The position numbers were made by a program, and so were the translations under genes. The notes under the pieces are model-generated. The model was not told the origin of the DNA, ran no database searches, and was given only the letters and a program-made list of their open reading frames with translations. From Thermoanaerobaculia bacterium (GTDB lineage Bacteria; Acidobacteriota; Thermoanaerobaculia; UBA5066): DNA of 64,000 nucleotides. The stretch lies in assembly GCA_963719225.1 (NCBI GenBank), contig CAVRAY010000001.1:2016001-2080000 (forward strand), read 5' to 3'. This document shows, piece after piece, positions 60,537 to 64,000 of the stretch; within the stretch, counting starts at the first letter, position 1; the number at the start of each line of letters is the position of its first letter.

Positions 60537-61319
60537 CTACGCCTTGCTGACCCGAAACGTGAGGTCGACGAGACCGAAACGAGTCCGGTCTCCGTCCTTG
60601 ATCGTGACGGGCTGCCCCGTGACGATGCGCGCCCCGTTCACGAACGTGCCGTTCATGGTGCCGATCTCCTCGACGACGCGGAACTCTCCGCCTTCGCGGA
60701 CGATCTTCGAGTGGCGCCGGGACACGGAGCGCTGCGTGTCGAGGTTCGCGAGGTCCACGTCGGGCTTGATCCCCGTGACCGGATCGACGCGGCCCACGGT
60801 CGTTTCCCCGTCGCGGTTCAGGAAGAACTCCTCGCCGCCCGCGGAGACGAGGCGGAAGATGTCGTGGCGCTCGGACACCTTCGAGAAGATGTCGGACGAG
60901 CTCTCGTCGAGCGCGGGGGCAGCGCCCGTCGACTGCTCGAGGAGCTTCGTCGTCTCGCGCAGCCTCCGGGAAAGCTTGCGCAGCATGCGCACGGCGATCT
61001 CCGCGTTGTGGCGGAGCATCTCGTCGAACGTCGACTGGTTTATCCGCACGAGCTCGCAGTCGCTCTTGGCGCGCGCCGAGGCCGTCCGGGGGACGTCCTC
61101 GAGGATCGACATCTCACCGAAAAAATCGCCTTTCTCGAGCGTCGCGAGCAGCTGCTCCTCGCCGCGCCGGCTGCGTTTGTAGATCTCGACCGTGCCGGAC
61201 TGGATTACGAACATTTCCGTTCCGACTTCGCCCTCCCCGAAGATGGGCTGGCCGGCGGAAAAGCGAGCGAGGTAGTCGGTGAAGCCACCCGGCGCGCCGG
61301 ACTTGACGACGACCTTCAA
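60537..61319 (-). CDS. cNMP-binding domain + FHA domain protein
   Basis: GDFFGEMS..PRTASARA, then VGR..SVSRRH..NGTFVNG. Confidence 0.88.
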   Translation of the reverse strand: MKVVVKSGAPGGFTDYLARFSAGQPIFGEGEVGTEMFVIQSGTVEIYKRSRRGEEQLLATLEKGDFFGEMSILEDVPRTASARAKSDCELVRINQSTFDEMLRHNAEIAVRMLRKLSRRLRETTKLLEQSTGAAPALDESSSDIFSKVSERHDIFRLVSAGGEEFFLNRDGETTVGRVDPVTGIKPDVDLANLDTQRSVSRRHSKIVREGGEFRVVEEIGTMNGTFVNGARIVTGQPVTIKDGDRTRFGLVDLTFRVSKA

Positions 61320-61408
61320 GGTCCGCGCAGTTTAGCCGATGCCGGACGTCTTCGATGTGCGCCGCAGCCGGGGGACCGGGGGCGCGCGAAGCCAAGCCCC
61401 CGGAGAGT

Positions 61409-61810
61409 GACTCGGGCCGGACGATAAGCCGGATTCTGTAACTGGTCGGTTCGCACCTTCCAGCCGGCGGTCATTCCTCCAGGCCCGCTCTCTCGAGCGG
61501 GCTCGAGCGACCGACCCGGCGACGTCGGCGTGAGCCGCGGGGGCGGGCACCCCTTCCGTCACCCTATTTGGTCTTGCTCCGCGTGGGGTTTCGCCTGCCG
61601 GTCCCGTTGCCGGAACCGCGGTGCGCTCTTACCGCACCTTTTCACCCTTACCTGCGCCTTGCGGCGCGTCGGCGGTATGTTTTCTGTGCCACTTTCCTTC
61701 GAGTTGCCCCGACCGGAATTTCTCCGGCACGCTGCCCGCGGGAGTCCGGACTTTCCTCCCCTCCTTCCGCCGAGGCGTCGGGAGCGGCGACCGCCTGTCC
61801 GGCCCGAGTC
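61409..61810 (-). ncRNA. rnpB: RNase P RNA (type A)
   Basis: Minus strand GAGGAAAGTCCGG near the 5' end, GGTGAAAAGGTGCGGTAAGAGCGCACCG, ACAGAATCCGGCTTA near the 3' end; P1 ends pair (GACTCGGGCCGGAC); TAAACT -10 at 61817-61822. Confidence 0.95.
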
Positions 61811-61823
61811 GCGCCGAGTTTAC

Positions 61824-64000
61824 CTAATTCGTCACGACCATCGGAACGTAAGAGCCGTCCGACGTGCGCGAGCCCGCCGTGGGACCGTCGTTCACGACGC
61901 CGTAGGCGACGAAGTCCGAGCTGCCCGCGTCCGGCCGGATGCGGACGTAGCCGTGCGCGATGCCGGCGCCCGAGAGGATTCCGTTGATCTGCGTCCAGTC
62001 TCCTCCCGTCAGCACACGCGTGAGCGTCTGAACGGGCGTCGCCGAGCCCGTGTCCGCGTCGAAGACGTCTAGGACGTAGGTCACGGTCGCGCTGCCCGCG
62101 GGACGCGCGTCGGCGATCGCGAGGTTGCTGCGCACGTCCGCGTCCTGCCGGAGCCCGTAGACCCAGGCCTCTCCTCGCGCGCGCCCGTCCCCCGGCACCG
62201 CCGGATAGGACAGTCCGTACGACCCGCCCACGCTCGTGTCGGGATTCGGGTTCGAGGTGCGCGCCTGGGCCACCGCGCCGGCAACGAGGAGCGTGCCGCC
62301 CTGGTCCCCCGTCGTGGGGATCGCGAGACCGACGCCACGCAGGTAGGAGAGCGCGTTCTCCTGCACGAGCTGCTGGCGGGCGGCCAGCGTCGTCGTGCGC
62401 GTCCCGCTCCCCTGCCCCGAGAACGCCGACGACGCCGTGTACGTGAGGGTGACGGTAACGGCGGTGGAGAGAGGGTTCGTGAGCGTGAGATCCGTCGTGA
62501 AGTGCGGCGGGCCGGGAACGTCCAGGATGATCGGGACGATGCCCTCGGTCGCGTTCGAGACGAGGAAACTGCCGTCCGACGTGCCGCCTCCCGCGCTACC
62601 GCCGTCGTTGACGACGCCGTACGCGATGAACCGGTCGGCTCCCGACGTCCGTCGGACCCGCGCGTAGCCGTTCGTCACGCCGGCGGGCGAGTTCTTGAGG
62701 ACATTGTTGTACTGGAAGAACTCCCCCGGCTGGAGCGTATGCGTCAAGGGCGCACCCGCCGGCGCTCCGCTGTCGCCGTCGAAGAGCTGGATCTCGAGCG
62801 AAACGGGGCCGGACGTCGTGCCGGAAGCCGTGCCCGGCGCGTGGACGACCGCGAGGTTCGAGCGGAACGACGCGTTCTCGCGCAGCGCGTAGATCCACGC
62901 GTCTCCGGTCGAGGTCGCGCTTCCCGCCGGAACGCCCGGCCCGAACGTGCCGAACGCGCCGCCGACGGACGCCGACAGATTCGGAGTCGAAGTTCGCGAG
63001 CCTGCAAAGACGGCGGCCGCGTCGCCGACTCCGACGAACGTCGCGAGAAGCGTTCCGACCTTGCCGGAGCCGTCCGAGGGGAGGGCCCATCCATTCGCCG
63101 CGAGGAACGCGATGACGTCCGGAATGTAGAGCTGCCGTCCCGCGAGCAGCGTGCGCGCGACGGCCGGGCCGCCGGCTCCCGGAGTGCCCGGCGCGGGAAC
63201 GTAGACGAGAACGAGCGTCGCTTCGCCCCCGCTTCGGTTCACGGCCACGAAATCCGACGTGTAGTGCGACGAGGCCGCGCCGTGAATGTCGAGGACGACC
63301 GGCGTCTGTACGCCAACACATGCGGACGGCGTGGCGGGGCCTCCCACCGTGAGGGAAAGCGCCATGCTCCGGACGACGGATCCCGACGTCGCCGTGAGGA
63401 CGAGGGGATATGTCCCGGCGACCGTCGCTCCCATGGAGGTCAGGGTAAGCGTCGCGGGCTGTGTGCGCGAAAGGACGCCGACCGAGACGTTCGCGGGATT
63501 TCCAGGCCGGAACTCCGCCGTCACGCCCGTGGGCAGACCGGCGAGAGAGACCGTGGCCACCGCGTCCCCGACCGCGGCGCCGACTTGGGAGAGTGTCAGG
63601 TTGACGATGACCGCGCCGACCCGCACGAACGACGGTGCCGAGTCGCACGCCGGAAGCGCCGGAGTCGCGGGGCTCGCCCCGAGCGTGAAGTCCGTCGAGG
63701 GAGGCGCCGGTGCCGGCAGGGCGGAAGCCAGCGCCGCGGCGTCGATCGAGCCGAGACCGGTCGCGGCGTCGTACCCGGGACCGGCCGCGTAACCCGCGAC
63801 CCCGGAGGCGGAATTGTTGCCCGTGGTGATGTCGTGCAGGACGGGCGTGCCGGCCGTGAGCGCGGCCGGCGCCGATCCGGCAGCCCCGCCGTATTGCGCG
63901 CGGCCGAGAGCGTAGAAGACCGGGTTCAGATTGCCGAGGCGTGTGCCCGCCTTCTGAGAAAGGAGAGCCGTGATTCCGGCCAGGGCCGGCGCCGAGAACG
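61824..64000 (-). CDS. C-terminal part of a large secreted S53/S8-type serine peptidase with beta-rich repeat domains (5' truncated)
   Basis: FSAPALAG..GNLNPVFY..HDITTGNN..GPGYDAATGLGS at the window edge; two repeats ending AYGVVNDG..TSDGS. Confidence 0.75.
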   Translation of the reverse strand, partial: FSAPALAGITALLSQKAGTRLGNLNPVFYALGRAQYGGAAGSAPAALTAGTPVLHDITTGNNSASGVAGYAAGPGYDAATGLGSIDAAALASALPAPAPPSTDFTLGASPATPALPACDSAPSFVRVGAVIVNLTLSQVGAAVGDAVATVSLAGLPTGVTAEFRPGNPANVSVGVLSRTQPATLTLTSMGATVAGTYPLVLTATSGSVVRSMALSLTVGGPATPSACVGVQTPVVLDIHGAASSHYTSDFVAVNRSGGEATLVLVYVPAPGTPGAGGPAVARTLLAGRQLYIPDVIAFLAANGWALPSDGSGKVGTLLATFVGVGDAAAVFAGSRTSTPNLSASVGGAFGTFGPGVPAGSATSTGDAWIYALRENASFRSNLAVVHAPGTASGTTSGPVSLEIQLFDGDSGAPAGAPLTHTLQPGEFFQYNNVLKNSPAGVTNGYARVRRTSGADRFIAYGVVNDGGSAGGGTSDGSFLVSNATEGIVPIILDVPGPPHFTTDLTLTNPLSTAVTVTLTYTASSAFSGQGSGTRTTTLAARQQLVQENALSYLRGVGLAIPTTGDQGGTLLVAGAVAQARTSNPNPDTSVGGSYGLSYPAVPGDGRARGEAWVYGLRQDADVRSNLAIADARPAGSATVTYVLDVFDADTGSATPVQTLTRVLTGGDWTQINGILSGAGIAHGYVRIRPDAGSSDFVAYGVVNDGPTAGSRTSDGSYVPMVVTN

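Overview
High-GC bacterial chromosomal segment; the gene set and order look Acidobacteriota-like (inference). It appears to span the replication terminus. A XerCD dif site sits at 21568-21595, and gene orientation converges nearby: + strand from 7.7 to 17.8 kb, almost entirely - strand from 19.1 to 64 kb. Directly beside dif is a DUF151-parA-parB cluster, with two DnaA boxes upstream. Its ParB keeps the CTPase motifs but has a non-canonical recognition helix, and I saw no canonical parS. Instead, a rare motif (core CTTAGAAGG/CCTTCTAAG with an A/T-rich flank) recurs mostly as head-to-head pairs 55-90 bp apart. It brackets dif and the parAB cluster and is also embedded in coding sequences from 12.5 to 60 kb. 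The main hypothesis is a terminus-dedicated ParABS-like or matS-like system. The rest is mostly housekeeping: dnaE, metK-sahR-ahcY, lptFG, miaB, a PTS/rpoN cluster, lptB, recJ, accA, priA, rpoZ-gmk-yicC, msbA-lpxB, HU/IHF, rpsA-cmk, scpAB, trpS, recG and rnpB. It also holds an IS5-family element inserted exactly into the shared CTAG stop of two convergent genes, and a sigma54-type accessory cluster at 0-8 kb. All motif counts are by eye; no searches were run.
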